A stretch of DNA of 63,522 nt from a virus (IMGVR_UViG_3300032234_000384:1-63522), one strand, 5' to 3'. Positions 18,413 through 27,856 are shown, numbered from the stretch's first letter. A program made the numbers and translations. Notes: generated by a model from the sequence alone, not told the origin.

Positions 18413-20947
18413 TTAATCGAATAGTGAGTTTGTTCGCTCAGTTGTCCAGTCCATACAATCAAGAATGACTTTAATTGGTTCTAAAAACGTTTTGTCAAAT
18501 TGTAGATTGTAGTCGATACAATCTTGGAGACCAAACTCAGGAGGTAATCTTCCTGGGAATGACACCACATTCTCTTTGAATATGTTTGGTGTTTTGAGAT
18601 AGGTAAATTTAATCTTTTCACCCTCTTGAATCAACGGATACTTCTTTGATAGACCTTTTTCTTCAAGGTACTTATTATATAGCAAGGCACCTCTCACATG
18701 GATTGGTGTACCTTTCGAATATATGGTAGTCTTGTTAGCGTACTCTTTCAGTCCATTGATACCACGTGGAAATGAAATGTCTTCCACATTTAACTTCTTG
18801 AATTGTGTCCGGAAGTTTTCAATGAATTTGTGCATGTCTGACTCGGTACCCTTCATCATAATCTGAAGTGCTTCTTTCATCTTCTCACGCACAGGCGCAG
18901 GCGTGGAGGACTTAATCATTTCGAGACCCATGACCTTCATGTCAGGTTCAGTGTACTGAACACCTTCATTGTTATACACGTGCATGATATAACGTTTCTT
19001 GGCAGTCCAAATACCTTTGTCAGCCAATGCTTCACGCTTCATTTGCATCTTCTGTGCATATGCATGAACATAGTCTGCTAATTCACCATAAGATTTGTCG
19101 ATGAATGGTTGAATCTTTTCTTCACAAACTTTATCCATAAATTGGATTACTTTGTCTTTTGGTAGTTTTACTTCACCGCCAGCACCATAAACCTTTTCAA
19201 CCAATTCACCAAGACGGAGATAAATGGAATCTGTGTCAGACGCAATAACATAATCTTTATCGGTCTTCAACAAACCATTCATGTAAGAATTGATCTTCTG
19301 TTCAATCCAACGAATACTCAATTGACCAGCAGTGGTGACACCCAAGGCCATACGTAGATCATAAAACCGAAAATATTGGGAACCCAAAGCGCCATAAGCA
19401 CTATTAAGTGATACTTTTTTTGCCAACTGTAGGTTGTTGTATCTGGCGATACGTTTCTCAATGTCATATTTCTTAGTATCATCTTTTTCAACCTCATAGT
19501 CTTTCTTGGCTTGAATCATCATCTTCTTGAACTTCTTACGGTCTTCATACATATCTTCCATCATTTTAGGTAAGAAGCCTTGTATATCGGTACGGAAGAA
19601 CTGACCATTCGGAGTGATTGTCACATTTTCCAAAGTAGACAAGTCAACTTCTTTTTTCAGAAGTTTATCAACAGATACACCTTGCGAAAGAATATCACGC
19701 ATATCTTGTGTGTAATTTGCAGGTTCAATCAAAGTCTCTGGCGAGATATTGTACTGCATCATCAAGTGGGGATACAGAGAGTTCAAGTCAAATGATGCAA
19801 CCCAATTGTGAAGACCAACTTGTGGTTCTTTCACATATGCACCTTCGAAAGCGGCATCTTTATCTTTGACAATACGTGGAGGAACCACAATGTTCTGATT
19901 CATCAAGTGATTGTATGTTAGAGCATCCCACATACGTGTCTGTGCAAACACATCATCATAGTTTGTCTTTGTGTCATAAGCCAGAGTGAGTGCCAGTTCC
20001 AACAACTTAAGTTTATCTTCGAGTTTGAGAATCAAGTCAACGTCTTTGATGTTGTATTCGATAAACAGTTGGTAATTCAAACGATAAAGCTGGTGCAGGT
20101 TCTCATATTCTTCATATGAAATTTTACCTTCACCGAGTTCAAATTGTGCGATTGCATCCAAACGATAGGATTCTTGCGACTTGCCGTTTGGTGAATACCA
20201 TTTGTACAGTTCAAGATAGTCGAGGTCACCAACGCCAACAAGTTCATACACCGTCATTTTACGGTTCATAACAAATGCTTGACGTTCAGAGATAATATTC
20301 CACGGAGAAAGTTTCTTAGCCTCATCTTCACCGAGAACTTTACGCATACGATTCACAAGATACGGTACGTCAAAGAACTTGGTGTTCCAGCCAGTGAGTG
20401 CATCTGGACATTTCTCTTGCCAGAGTTTGAGGAAGAACTTGAGCAGGTGATATTCATCTTTACACTTCATGTAACGTTCTTCACCCTTGACCTGATAATC
20501 ACCGCAACCGAAAACGAACATATGCCCACCGATAAAACGGAGGGCAATAGCAGTAACTGGTTCATTTGCGAGATATGGATCAGGGAAACCATTCTCTGAA
20601 CCAACCTCAATGTCAACAATAGCAATCGAGACTTTATCAAAGTCCCAATCAATCATTTCTTTGTGCTGTTCACCGATGAATGCGTACTCAAAACGGTTTT
20701 GACCATAAATTGTTTTACCTGAAACACCTTCAAACTGGCGCAGGTAATCACGTGCTTCACGCATTGTGTCAAACTTATGTGGTTGAAGATATACACCATC
20801 AAGCGAGGTGTAATTTGTAACCTTGTTTGATTTTTCATATAGTGTTGGCTGATATGGAATCTTTAACTTCGTTCTCTTACCGTCAGCGATACCACGGTAA
20901 AGAATGTTGCTACCAACAGATTGTACGTTTGTGTAGAAAAGAGACAT
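18413..20947 (-). CDS. gp43: Family B DNA polymerase gp43
   Basis: DIEV exonuclease motif, SFDLNSLYP, KVSLNSAYG, DTDS. Confidence 0.97.
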   Translation of the reverse strand: MSLFYTNVQSVGSNILYRGIADGKRTKLKIPYQPTLYEKSNKVTNYTSLDGVYLQPHKFDTMREARDYLRQFEGVSGKTIYGQNRFEYAFIGEQHKEMIDWDFDKVSIAIVDIEVGSENGFPDPYLANEPVTAIALRFIGGHMFVFGCGDYQVKGEERYMKCKDEYHLLKFFLKLWQEKCPDALTGWNTKFFDVPYLVNRMRKVLGEDEAKKLSPWNIISERQAFVMNRKMTVYELVGVGDLDYLELYKWYSPNGKSQESYRLDAIAQFELGEGKISYEEYENLHQLYRLNYQLFIEYNIKDVDLILKLEDKLKLLELALTLAYDTKTNYDDVFAQTRMWDALTYNHLMNQNIVVPPRIVKDKDAAFEGAYVKEPQVGLHNWVASFDLNSLYPHLMMQYNISPETLIEPANYTQDMRDILSQGVSVDKLLKKEVDLSTLENVTITPNGQFFRTDIQGFLPKMMEDMYEDRKKFKKMMIQAKKDYEVEKDDTKKYDIEKRIARYNNLQLAKKVSLNSAYGALGSQYFRFYDLRMALGVTTAGQLSIRWIEQKINSYMNGLLKTDKDYVIASDTDSIYLRLGELVEKVYGAGGEVKLPKDKVIQFMDKVCEEKIQPFIDKSYGELADYVHAYAQKMQMKREALADKGIWTAKKRYIMHVYNNEGVQYTEPDMKVMGLEMIKSSTPAPVREKMKEALQIMMKGTESDMHKFIENFRTQFKKLNVEDISFPRGINGLKEYANKTTIYSKGTPIHVRGALLYNKYLEEKGLSKKYPLIQEGEKIKFTYLKTPNIFKENVVSFPGRLPPEFGLQDCIDYNLQFDKTFLEPIKVILDCMDWTTERTNSLFD

Positions 20948-21261
20948 TAACCTGTAATGATTTGAGTTGGAGGAGTAATGATACCAGAACCGAACATCTG
21001 GTTGTAATTGTCAGAAATATCTGTTGCAGGTGTATAATTATACACTACATGTAAGGGTTCTACAAGAATTGTTTCACCTTCTTTTTGTTGTGAGAAGGTT
21101 GGAAAAGGAACAAAACCCATCTGAGGTGGAGCACCAGCAACTTTTGGTGGTACCATACGGAGTTGCACTGGATTTTTTAGTTGTAGTTGACCTTGCAGTG
21201 ACACGGAAATGTCGGCGATAACTTCTTCACCTGTCACCAATTTAATACCTTGAATATTCAT
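20947..21261 (-). CDS. Small Sm-like phage protein
   Basis: IKLVTGEEVIA; paralog-like to 51630-52022. Confidence 0.55.
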   Translation of the reverse strand: MNIQGIKLVTGEEVIADISVSLQGQLQLKNPVQLRMVPPKVAGAPPQMGFVPFPTFSQQKEGETILVEPLHVVYNYTPATDISDNYNQMFGSGIITPPTQIITG

Positions 21262-21263
21262 AA

Positions 21264-21833
21264 TTATACCTCTGTGTTGAAAAAGAATGTTTGGAACAAT
21301 CGTCCATTATACAATGAATCACCAAAGCCTGGCAACATACTTCTGTGGTAATATTCACCACGGTACATTACCAATCTATTGAAGATGTTGGATACCTGAA
21401 CGATTGGTTCCCATCTATCCAAATCTGTTATTTCTTCTGTATTGTTGTTGTAATCCGTTGCTGGGTTTTTTGGATCATACATCGAAATCTTTGTTTTTTT
21501 GTTCCGATAAATTGCTGTTCCAGCCTCCAACGGAGCATCCGGTGTTAGATAAAGTACCGCAGCCCAATTAGTCGGATCATGATGTATCCAAGTGGTATCA
21601 TTGGAGGTGGTGTACTGGAATGCTGTATTGTATTGTTCTGGCCACCAAGTAATTTTTTTCCTTAGTATGTCCTCAAACATCGTTTTGGCGTTGGTGTTAT
21701 GTTCTCCACGCATTACGTCTGTTCTGACACCTGGATAGTTACCAGAAACGGTGTAGGGGAGTGAAAGTGCATAATTTCTAACTTGGAGTGGATTTCCATA
21801 GAAATTATCAAAAATCATAAGTGATGGAGTCAT
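21264..21833 (-). CDS. 2OG-Fe(II) oxygenase-like protein (DUF6445 type)
   Basis: DNFY, GNYPG.RT, HHD, NRLV.Y...H, R..Q.FF. Confidence 0.75.
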   Translation of the reverse strand: MTPSLMIFDNFYGNPLQVRNYALSLPYTVSGNYPGVRTDVMRGEHNTNAKTMFEDILRKKITWWPEQYNTAFQYTTSNDTTWIHHDPTNWAAVLYLTPDAPLEAGTAIYRNKKTKISMYDPKNPATDYNNNTEEITDLDRWEPIVQVSNIFNRLVMYRGEYYHRSMLPGFGDSLYNGRLFQTFFFNTEV

Positions 21834-21891
21834 TTAAAATCCCAAATAATTATATAGTTGTCTATAAAGCTAAATACTTTTGTCAAAGTGG

Positions 21892-21920
21892 ATTTTAGCA
21901 CTTTTCTGATGGAATGTCAA
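21892..21920 (-). promoter_or_regulatory. Sigma70-type promoter
   Basis: TTGACA-17-TAAAAT. Confidence 0.7.
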
Positions 21921-21959
21921 GGGGTTAAGTGGTATGAATAATTTGGAGAAAGTAAAAAA

Positions 21960-22508
21960 ATGTTTAAAAAATTTGTTATTCACACATTATTGTTTATAAG
22001 CATTGGTGTAGTGAATGCACAACCCATAGTTACAGAATCTACTACCAAAAGCACAGTAGATTCCACATCTAATTCTGTAACAACATTAAAATCTCCACCA
22101 CCATCGGCGATCACTCCAACCATGAACATATCAAATTCTGATTTATGTACTGTTGGTGTAGCTGGTGCCGTCCAAACACAGATTCTTGGTCTTTCCGCTG
22201 GTACTACCGTTAGGGATATGAATTGTGAAAGACTAAAGCTATCCAAAACATTATTTGATATGGGTATGAAAGTTGCGGCCGTATCTACGTTATGTCAAGA
22301 TAAGCGAGTATTTGATGCTATGATGATGGCAGGCACTCCATGTCCGTATGATGGCGCCATTGGAAATGAAGCTAAACAGCAATGGAAAGTTAATGAAGCC
22401 AAGCAGCCAGGTAATAGAGAACAAACAAAGGGAGAATTGAGTGATGGCACTAAGACATTCTTTGGTGGTATGGGTATTCTTAGCCTATTGCTCCTTCTCT
22501 TACTCTGA
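21960..22508 (+). CDS. Secreted / membrane-anchored protein
   Basis: Signal peptide, S/T-rich linker, Cys-bracketed beta-hairpin, C-terminal hydrophobic tail. Confidence 0.7.
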   Translation: MFKKFVIHTLLFISIGVVNAQPIVTESTTKSTVDSTSNSVTTLKSPPPSAITPTMNISNSDLCTVGVAGAVQTQILGLSAGTTVRDMNCERLKLSKTLFDMGMKVAAVSTLCQDKRVFDAMMMAGTPCPYDGAIGNEAKQQWKVNEAKQPGNREQTKGELSDGTKTFFGGMGILSLLLLLLL

Positions 22509-23298
22509 AATCATTAGCGGCACTACACTCAATGCGGCTGGTAATGGATTAACATGGTCTATGGGCAATGTATTGCCTGCCGCCACGGGATTGACAGTTG
22601 ATGGTGTTATATATCAATATTCCGCAGTAAAGAATACCAGAGATCCAATGGTCGTTAACATACAAAATAAAGACGCTATTCGACCTGGATTTGTTTTTAG
22701 GAGTCAAGATGATTGGTCTGGTTTACCCGGTAATACCATAACAAAAGTGATGCCATTAGACAATATTCCAATTACTCGTTGGGGTGCTGGAAGCATTACC
22801 GTGGATGGTATTGGAGAGGTGAGAAATCCATCAGTAATTTATAAATACAAATATGATACCTGTGTTGATCCATTGAGTAGTCCAACCTGTCCAGGATATG
22901 CAGAGGCAATGGCGAAAAAATTGACTGAAAAACCAGCTGAAATATATGATCCCCTATCAGATCAAAATATACGAAATGTATTAGATGCAAAGTATGTAGA
23001 TGAAGAAGAAAAAAGAGTTCCAGTATCTTCCGTTACAAGAAGAAATGATAAACCTATCGATAGAAAATCAATAGCTTCACCATTGAGTCCAGATGATGCT
23101 GATAAAGCATTGCAATTAGAAATGTTGAATAACATACCAGGAATTGAATTGTATAGAGTGAGTATTCCTGGTGGAGTTTATAATGATGTACTTCGTTATC
23201 CTGATAAAAAATTACCGGATAGTAGAAATGCAAGAAGATTTGGCTTCGCCCAAGAAAGTTTGCATAATGCTATGATGGATTTACAATATAAAAAGTAA
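22444..23298 (+). CDS. Secreted beta-rich protein (adhesin-like)
   Basis: Signal peptide, beta-rich N-domain, CVDPLSSPTCPGY motif. Confidence 0.65.
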   Translation: MALRHSLVVWVFLAYCSFSYSEIISGTTLNAAGNGLTWSMGNVLPAATGLTVDGVIYQYSAVKNTRDPMVVNIQNKDAIRPGFVFRSQDDWSGLPGNTITKVMPLDNIPITRWGAGSITVDGIGEVRNPSVIYKYKYDTCVDPLSSPTCPGYAEAMAKKLTEKPAEIYDPLSDQNIRNVLDAKYVDEEEKRVPVSSVTRRNDKPIDRKSIASPLSPDDADKALQLEMLNNIPGIELYRVSIPGGVYNDVLRYPDKKLPDSRNARRFGFAQESLHNAMMDLQYKK

Positions 23299-23313
23299 AA
23301 AAGGAAAACAGAA

Positions 23314-23811
23314 ATGTTTAAAAAAATCGTATTAGCAAGTTTGCTTGCTACTCCGCTATTATCAATAGCACAAGACGTTCCAATCACTGGTGTGGTTTCT
23401 TCTAAGTGTATCATCTACACTGAAACGCCTGGTGTATATGGTAACCCATCACCAAACGTGTTAAGCACTTTACCAGCCGATGGTGGTGTTCAACCAATAA
23501 TCAGATATGATGTACTTCAATCTGGTTTCTACAAGGCTGTTATTACAACACCAAACAGTTTTTCATCTTCACCATCATTATCCGATAATGTAACATGGAC
23601 CGGAAGTGTTGATGTGAGTAGAGTAACTAATGCTGCCATGTCGGCGTATTCAACTAATAAAATAACATACAACAACACCACAGAAATTGTTTTATCTGTT
23701 CCTGGTACAGTTTGGTTCAAAGCAGAATCAAAGGCTGAGTATGGATACAATAAAGCATTTCCTGCTGGAACTTATAGGGCTATGGTAACAGCAAGCTGTA
23801 TAGCAATATAA
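23314..23811 (+). CDS. Chaperone-usher-type pilin-like protein
   Basis: Signal peptide; ITGVVSSKC near the N-terminus and AGTYRAMVTASC at the C-terminus. Confidence 0.55.
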   Translation: MFKKIVLASLLATPLLSIAQDVPITGVVSSKCIIYTETPGVYGNPSPNVLSTLPADGGVQPIIRYDVLQSGFYKAVITTPNSFSSSPSLSDNVTWTGSVDVSRVTNAAMSAYSTNKITYNNTTEIVLSVPGTVWFKAESKAEYGYNKAFPAGTYRAMVTASCIAI

Positions 23812-23815
23812 GATT

Positions 23816-24190
23816 ATGTTTCGTTATGTTTTTATGGTAATGGCTTTAATCGGTGGCTATGCAAATGCCCACCAATTTTTGCCAACTTATCCCAAGTTTG
23901 AACATTCGTTTATTACTGGTGTCATGCAAACTAAAATGGAATTGTTTAACAAACGGAGTGATGTTGAATACTATGAATTGGGTGTTTACGATAAAGACTG
24001 GAATGCATTGCCTTTTGCATCAGAAAGCAAAATAATTCAAGTCAATTATCTGCAAACAAAGCCTGTCAATGTTTATATCAAGCGAGAGGATTTGATAAGA
24101 GTTACTTATATTTGTACTGAATCTAAGCATAAAAGAGAAGGTAGTCGAAATACAGTAATATCAACTCAAATTTGCTCCAAAATAAAATGA
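23816..24190 (+). CDS. Secreted protein, PapD-like chaperone N-domain candidate
   Basis: Signal peptide; P-x-Y, L-F-N, YICT...C pattern; follows the pilin-like gene. Confidence 0.45.
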   Translation: MFRYVFMVMALIGGYANAHQFLPTYPKFEHSFITGVMQTKMELFNKRSDVEYYELGVYDKDWNALPFASESKIIQVNYLQTKPVNVYIKREDLIRVTYICTESKHKREGSRNTVISTQICSKIK

Positions 24191-24582
24191 AATATTTTGT
24201 TGCTATTGTCTTATTATTTTTGAGCACTTTAAGTAATGCACAAAATGGTTCAATGACTCTTTCAATGCCTAGTGCGCCTGGTAGTTTTCAATCTGATAGA
24301 TTTAGGGCTGGTGATTTAGATTGTTCCATGGCAATAGGTTCGGCGACTAATCTTGAATTTGGTGTACTTGGAGTAATTAACAATAACCAGCAAATAACTA
24401 ACGGAGCACCACAAAATAGAGATGTTGGTGTATATGGAAGAATCATTATACCCATTGGCGCACCAAAGGGACGTGTTGATTGTAATAGATTATATGAGAT
24501 GGAATTAAAAAAGAGAGCAATGGAAATCCAAAAATTAGAAAGTGAACTTAATAATTTAAGAAACCTGAGATTCGAAAAATAA
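24187..24582 (+). CDS. Secreted protein with amphipathic beta-hairpin and coiled coil
   Basis: Signal peptide; C..LEFGVLG..VGVYGRIIIPIG..C followed by heptad repeats. Confidence 0.6.
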   Translation: MKYFVAIVLLFLSTLSNAQNGSMTLSMPSAPGSFQSDRFRAGDLDCSMAIGSATNLEFGVLGVINNNQQITNGAPQNRDVGVYGRIIIPIGAPKGRVDCNRLYEMELKKRAMEIQKLESELNNLRNLRFEK

Positions 24583-24615
24583 AATTTTTGGCATATCCGT
24601 ATAACGGAGAATAAA

Positions 24616-25224
24616 ATGCCAGATATAGATAAAAAAATAGATCAGTTAGAAGAAGCTAAACAAAAATACGCCAGTAAAGACACTGTAATTAGCATTGGTG
24701 GTTATGAGTTTACCCCCGCAAAACTAATGGTTGCGTTCACATTAGTTTCATCGATACTTGGTGGTTTATACGGTGCATTTGAAGTCTATAAAGACTATCA
24801 AAGCATGAAGAAAAAGATTGCTGAATATGAAGCACCTGATTTATCAGAGTTTGATAAACGTTTGGCCGTCATTGAAGAAAATTCTGGTAAAACCAGTGAC
24901 TATACACGTGATATCAAAAACGATTTAAAGAATGATATTCGCCGTAATGAATCTGTTACGGAACAAATTGAACGTAGTGTAAAGCAAGCCCAACGTGAGA
25001 CTGAATCAGAAATGCGTGATATGCGTAAAGCTGTACGTGAAGATTTGGAAAGAGCCAGAGTTGAAGCCAACCAAATACGCAAGGATATGGAACTGACACG
25101 TAAAGAAATCAATTCAGAATTTAACAGTGCCCGTAGGGAAATTTCCAGAGAAGTGGAAACACTTAAAAAGGAAGTCGATAACAAGATACAAAAGGCTATC
25201 GACAATCCACTAGCAGGTAAATAA
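24616..25224 (+). CDS. Single-pass membrane protein with long coiled coil
   Basis: TM segment LMVAFTLVSSILGGLYGAF; ~140-aa helical repeat. Confidence 0.7.
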   Translation: MPDIDKKIDQLEEAKQKYASKDTVISIGGYEFTPAKLMVAFTLVSSILGGLYGAFEVYKDYQSMKKKIAEYEAPDLSEFDKRLAVIEENSGKTSDYTRDIKNDLKNDIRRNESVTEQIERSVKQAQRETESEMRDMRKAVREDLERARVEANQIRKDMELTRKEINSEFNSARREISREVETLKKEVDNKIQKAIDNPLAGK

Positions 25225-25299
25225 TGGTGCGACCGGGGAATTCCGACATCCCGACCAAGGGATTATGAGTCCCCTGCTCTACCTCTGAGCTACGGTCGC
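25225..25299 (-). tRNA. tRNA-CAT (Ile2 or Met)
   Basis: Cloverleaf, loop CTCATAA, CCA encoded, atypical T-loop. Confidence 0.8.
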
Positions 25300-25302
25300 A
25301 TC

Positions 25303-25384
25303 TGGTGCGGGTAGCCGGACTCGAACCAGCACGCCGAAGCGGGAGATTTTAAGTCTCCTGTGTCTACCATTCCACCATACCCGC
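25303..25384 (-). tRNA. tRNA-Leu(TAA)
   Basis: Cloverleaf with variable arm, CTTAAAA, CCA. Confidence 0.92.
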
Positions 25385-25387
25385 ATA

Positions 25388-25476
25388 TCCATTTTTAACC
25401 ACATTTAAACCGTTCTTCAGCGTTTAGTCGCTATCTCCCTTACTAATCGGGCGTAGGGTATGTGGTTAAAAATGGA
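25388..25476 (-). ncRNA. Long-terminal-stem ncRNA (family B)
   Basis: 17-bp perfect inverted repeat at 25388-25404 / 25460-25476 enclosing a structured loop. Confidence 0.55.
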
Positions 25477-25498
25477 CACCTTTCGGTGCCCATAGCCG

Positions 25499-26920
25499 TT
25501 ACAGCACTTTGTAACGGTCATCCATGATGGTCTTAAGCATCACAGATTCTGGTGTGAAGGTTTCAATGTCACCAGCAAGGAGTGGCTTAACCACGGCTGG
25601 AGAGAAACCAGACACCAGTGCAGTACCAGACTTGTCAAACTTCACAGGCGCATTGCCATATGAAGCGTTCAAGTTCCAGAATACAACCTTTGGAAGGGTG
25701 TAGCCTGCGGCTTCGTACTTACGTGCAATCATTTCGATTGCAGAGTCATCATGCTTGACACATTGGTCAAATTGCATGTCTGACAGAATCAACACCATTC
25801 CTGGCATATCTTCTTGTGCTACGTTACCTTTTACAGCAACGTCTAGGATTTTTGCAAAGGCCTTGTTCAGGTCAGTGTTCATATCCCAGTTGGACTTAAC
25901 CATTTGGTCAATCTTAGAATTGATACCACCCTTTAGGTGCATCAATTCTGGCTTACCAGAGAAGGTCAAGAATGTGTCCTTGAACGCACCCTTGTTCTTG
26001 TCAGCAAGGTACAATCCCAAAGAGACTGCAACTTCCAAACAGGTCAACTTACCAGTCTTGCCTGCGGTGCAGGTCATAGAACCAGATACGTCAACCAGAG
26101 GCAGAATGTTTGCATCACCAACATAGTTAGGCAATGCATTCCATTGTGCTTCAATCAAGTCCATTTCGGTCTTGTTGTATGTAACTCCATAGTTGGAGAT
26201 ACGACCCTTCAACACATCATATGGAAATACCGCAGATGCGTTAACCTTAACTTCAGGGTTATCACCCTTCACCAAAGATGCAACATATGCCGCATACTTT
26301 TCAGTGTTACGGTTGAAAGCCTTTTTGTAACGTGCAGACGCTACGGAAGGAACATGTGAGAAGTTAATGGAATCCCAGTCCTTTGCACACATGTTGGTTT
26401 CAACGACCTTGGTCATTTCGACCAAAGACTTACGGTAGAACTTTGGTGACATTCCGAAGAATGTACGGATTTCTGCCGCAATTGGACCTTGGCGAGGTGT
26501 CCACTTAGCCGCAAGTCCATTCTTTTCACGCAAAGCGTTACCGAGCATGGTGTATGCGGCTTCTTTCAGTGCCTTGGTCTTGAAGACAAACAAGTCATCC
26601 CAACGACCCAATTCTGGCACTTTAGCCAACAGAGCCTTAGCGGCTTCTGTATCAGTCTTTTCCAGATATACTAGGATATCACGGAAAAGTTGACGTTCAC
26701 CGGCACCACCACGTGCGTCACGTAGCCATGCGGCAACTCGTAGAGCCAATTCACGGTTCTCTGCCAAGGCAGCCGCAAATGCAGGCTTAATATCTTTTCC
26801 ACGGGATGCACCCGCATTGTAAAACAAATCTACCACCGCATTGGCAGTTGACTTGCGAGCCTTCATACCGTTTGTGGTACGGGCTTCTTGGTTCTTAACA
26901 GCTTCGACAAATGTTGACAT
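25499..26920 (-). CDS. DUF2828-type TROVE/Ro60-like protein with C-terminal vWA domain
   Basis: AAAAGGAG RBS; LRDARGGAGER, GRWDDL, AAKWTPR helical region; MIDAS DVSGSM and SDMQFD, VFWNL, SGFS. Confidence 0.8.
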   Translation of the reverse strand: MSTFVEAVKNQEARTTNGMKARKSTANAVVDLFYNAGASRGKDIKPAFAAALAENRELALRVAAWLRDARGGAGERQLFRDILVYLEKTDTEAAKALLAKVPELGRWDDLFVFKTKALKEAAYTMLGNALREKNGLAAKWTPRQGPIAAEIRTFFGMSPKFYRKSLVEMTKVVETNMCAKDWDSINFSHVPSVASARYKKAFNRNTEKYAAYVASLVKGDNPEVKVNASAVFPYDVLKGRISNYGVTYNKTEMDLIEAQWNALPNYVGDANILPLVDVSGSMTCTAGKTGKLTCLEVAVSLGLYLADKNKGAFKDTFLTFSGKPELMHLKGGINSKIDQMVKSNWDMNTDLNKAFAKILDVAVKGNVAQEDMPGMVLILSDMQFDQCVKHDDSAIEMIARKYEAAGYTLPKVVFWNLNASYGNAPVKFDKSGTALVSGFSPAVVKPLLAGDIETFTPESVMLKTIMDDRYKVL

Positions 26921-26939
26921 AATGAACTCCTTTTCAATC

Positions 26940-27060
26940 AACAGGTTAAACTTTTTGCATCCCCTATGCTACCATTACATTAGACACCCATTCGGGTGAG
27001 CCGGAATCGAACCGGTCTCGGGGTTTTCAGTTGCATTAAAATTGTTGCGGAACTTAACCT
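26940..27060 (-). ncRNA. Y-RNA-like RNA A1 containing a circularly permuted tRNA-Phe
   Basis: AGGTTAAG/TTTAACCT terminal stem, CCGCAA motif, then CTGAAAA, T-arm, closed acceptor stem, D-arm. Confidence 0.75.
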
Positions 27061-27068
27061 AAAAAAAC

Positions 27069-27168
27069 AACAGAATAGTTTTCTACTTTTTGATTTAAGT
27101 GAGAACTCGAAACTCACTATCTTATGATACGGGTATGAATCCGTGATAAGTGTTGCTGAAACTATTCT
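27069..27168 (-). ncRNA. Y-RNA-like RNA A2
   Basis: AGAATAG/CTATTCT stem, TTTCAGCAA; CAT-loop hairpin and T-arm-like hairpin. Confidence 0.7.
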
Positions 27169-27187
27169 AAAAATCTCCAAAAAAAAC

Positions 27188-27284
27188 AACAGAGTAGTTT
27201 GATTGCCACCTTGGCGATCACGCTAGTTTTGGTGCGTAACATAGGAATCGAACCTACAAATTTTGATTTTGCTGAACCTACTCT
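27188..27284 (-). ncRNA. Y-RNA-like RNA A3 with permuted tRNA domain
   Basis: AGAGTAG/CTACTCT stem, GTTCAGCAA; GTAGG-TTCGATT-CCTAT, GTTACGC-ACCA-loop-GCGTGAT, short D-arm. Confidence 0.75.
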
Positions 27285-27300
27285 AAAACTTTCAAAAAAT

Positions 27301-27522
27301 AACAGGATGGTCGGTTTGTATTTTAACTTGGTTCTTAAACCACAGAGTACCCTTACGGCAAATGCAACCCTCTGAAATCATATGGTTTACCATAATCTTT
27401 TCTGTCTTTCCAGAGTCCAATTTAGTTCAGGTTATTTCCCTAGCTTCGTAATTACACCTTACGGTGGTTCTCCTATAGAAGCACTTCAGCTTTAGTACGT
27501 TTAAACTTGCTGTATCCATCCT
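27301..27522 (-). ncRNA. Y-RNA-like RNA A4 (long)
   Basis: AGGATGG/CCATCCT stem, ATACAGCAA; ~200-nt multi-hairpin insert. Confidence 0.65.
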
Positions 27523-27550
27523 AAAAAACTTTAATAATCTCCATATAAAG

Positions 27551-27579
27551 ATTATATCACGTTAAGTGTAATTTGTCAA
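27551..27579 (-). promoter_or_regulatory. Consensus sigma70 promoter for the A4-A1 / DUF2828 operon
   Basis: TTGACA-17-TATAAT. Confidence 0.85.
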
Positions 27580-27611
27580 GTCTTTTTTAGCATTGTTGCC
27601 AAAAAACAACA

Positions 27612-27686
27612 TGGTGTCCTCAACAGGAATCGAACCTGTATCCAGAACTTAGGAGGTTCTTATTCTATCCGTTGAACTATAAGGAC
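27612..27686 (-). tRNA. tRNA-Arg(CCT)
   Basis: Cloverleaf, CTCCTAA, CCA. Confidence 0.9.
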
Positions 27687-27688
27687 GG

Positions 27689-27778
27689 TGGAGGAAGAAG
27701 GAGGAATTGAACCCCGACCAGCATCAGCCAGTCTTCCGCTTTCCAGGCGGACGTAGGAACCATCCTACTGCATCTTCC
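27689..27778 (-). tRNA. tRNA-Ser(GGA), apparent 8/4 fold
   Basis: CTGGAAA loop, long variable arm, 6-bp D stem, CCA. Confidence 0.8.
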
Positions 27779-27779
27779 G

Positions 27780-27856
27780 TGGTGCCTCAGGGGGGATTCG
27801 AGCCCCCAAAATCCAGTGTTTGAGACTGGCACGTATACCGATTCCGTCACCGAGGC
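27780..27856 (-). tRNA. tRNA-Leu(CAA), short variable loop
   Basis: CTCAAAC loop, CCA. Confidence 0.85.

Noticed and set aside
18413-20947. Intein or intron in gp43 (also checked gp41, gp46, gp20, gp23)
   Set aside because: Lengths are ordinary and motifs are contiguous
454-21548. Numerous 60-140-aa plus-strand ORFs opposite large genes
   Set aside because: Antisense shadows produced by the codon bias of the real minus-strand genes
26940-27522. Tandem repeats as a CRISPR array
   Set aside because: Unit ends are complementary and covary rather than being identical direct repeats; inserts of 80-200 nt are structured; no cas genes in the window
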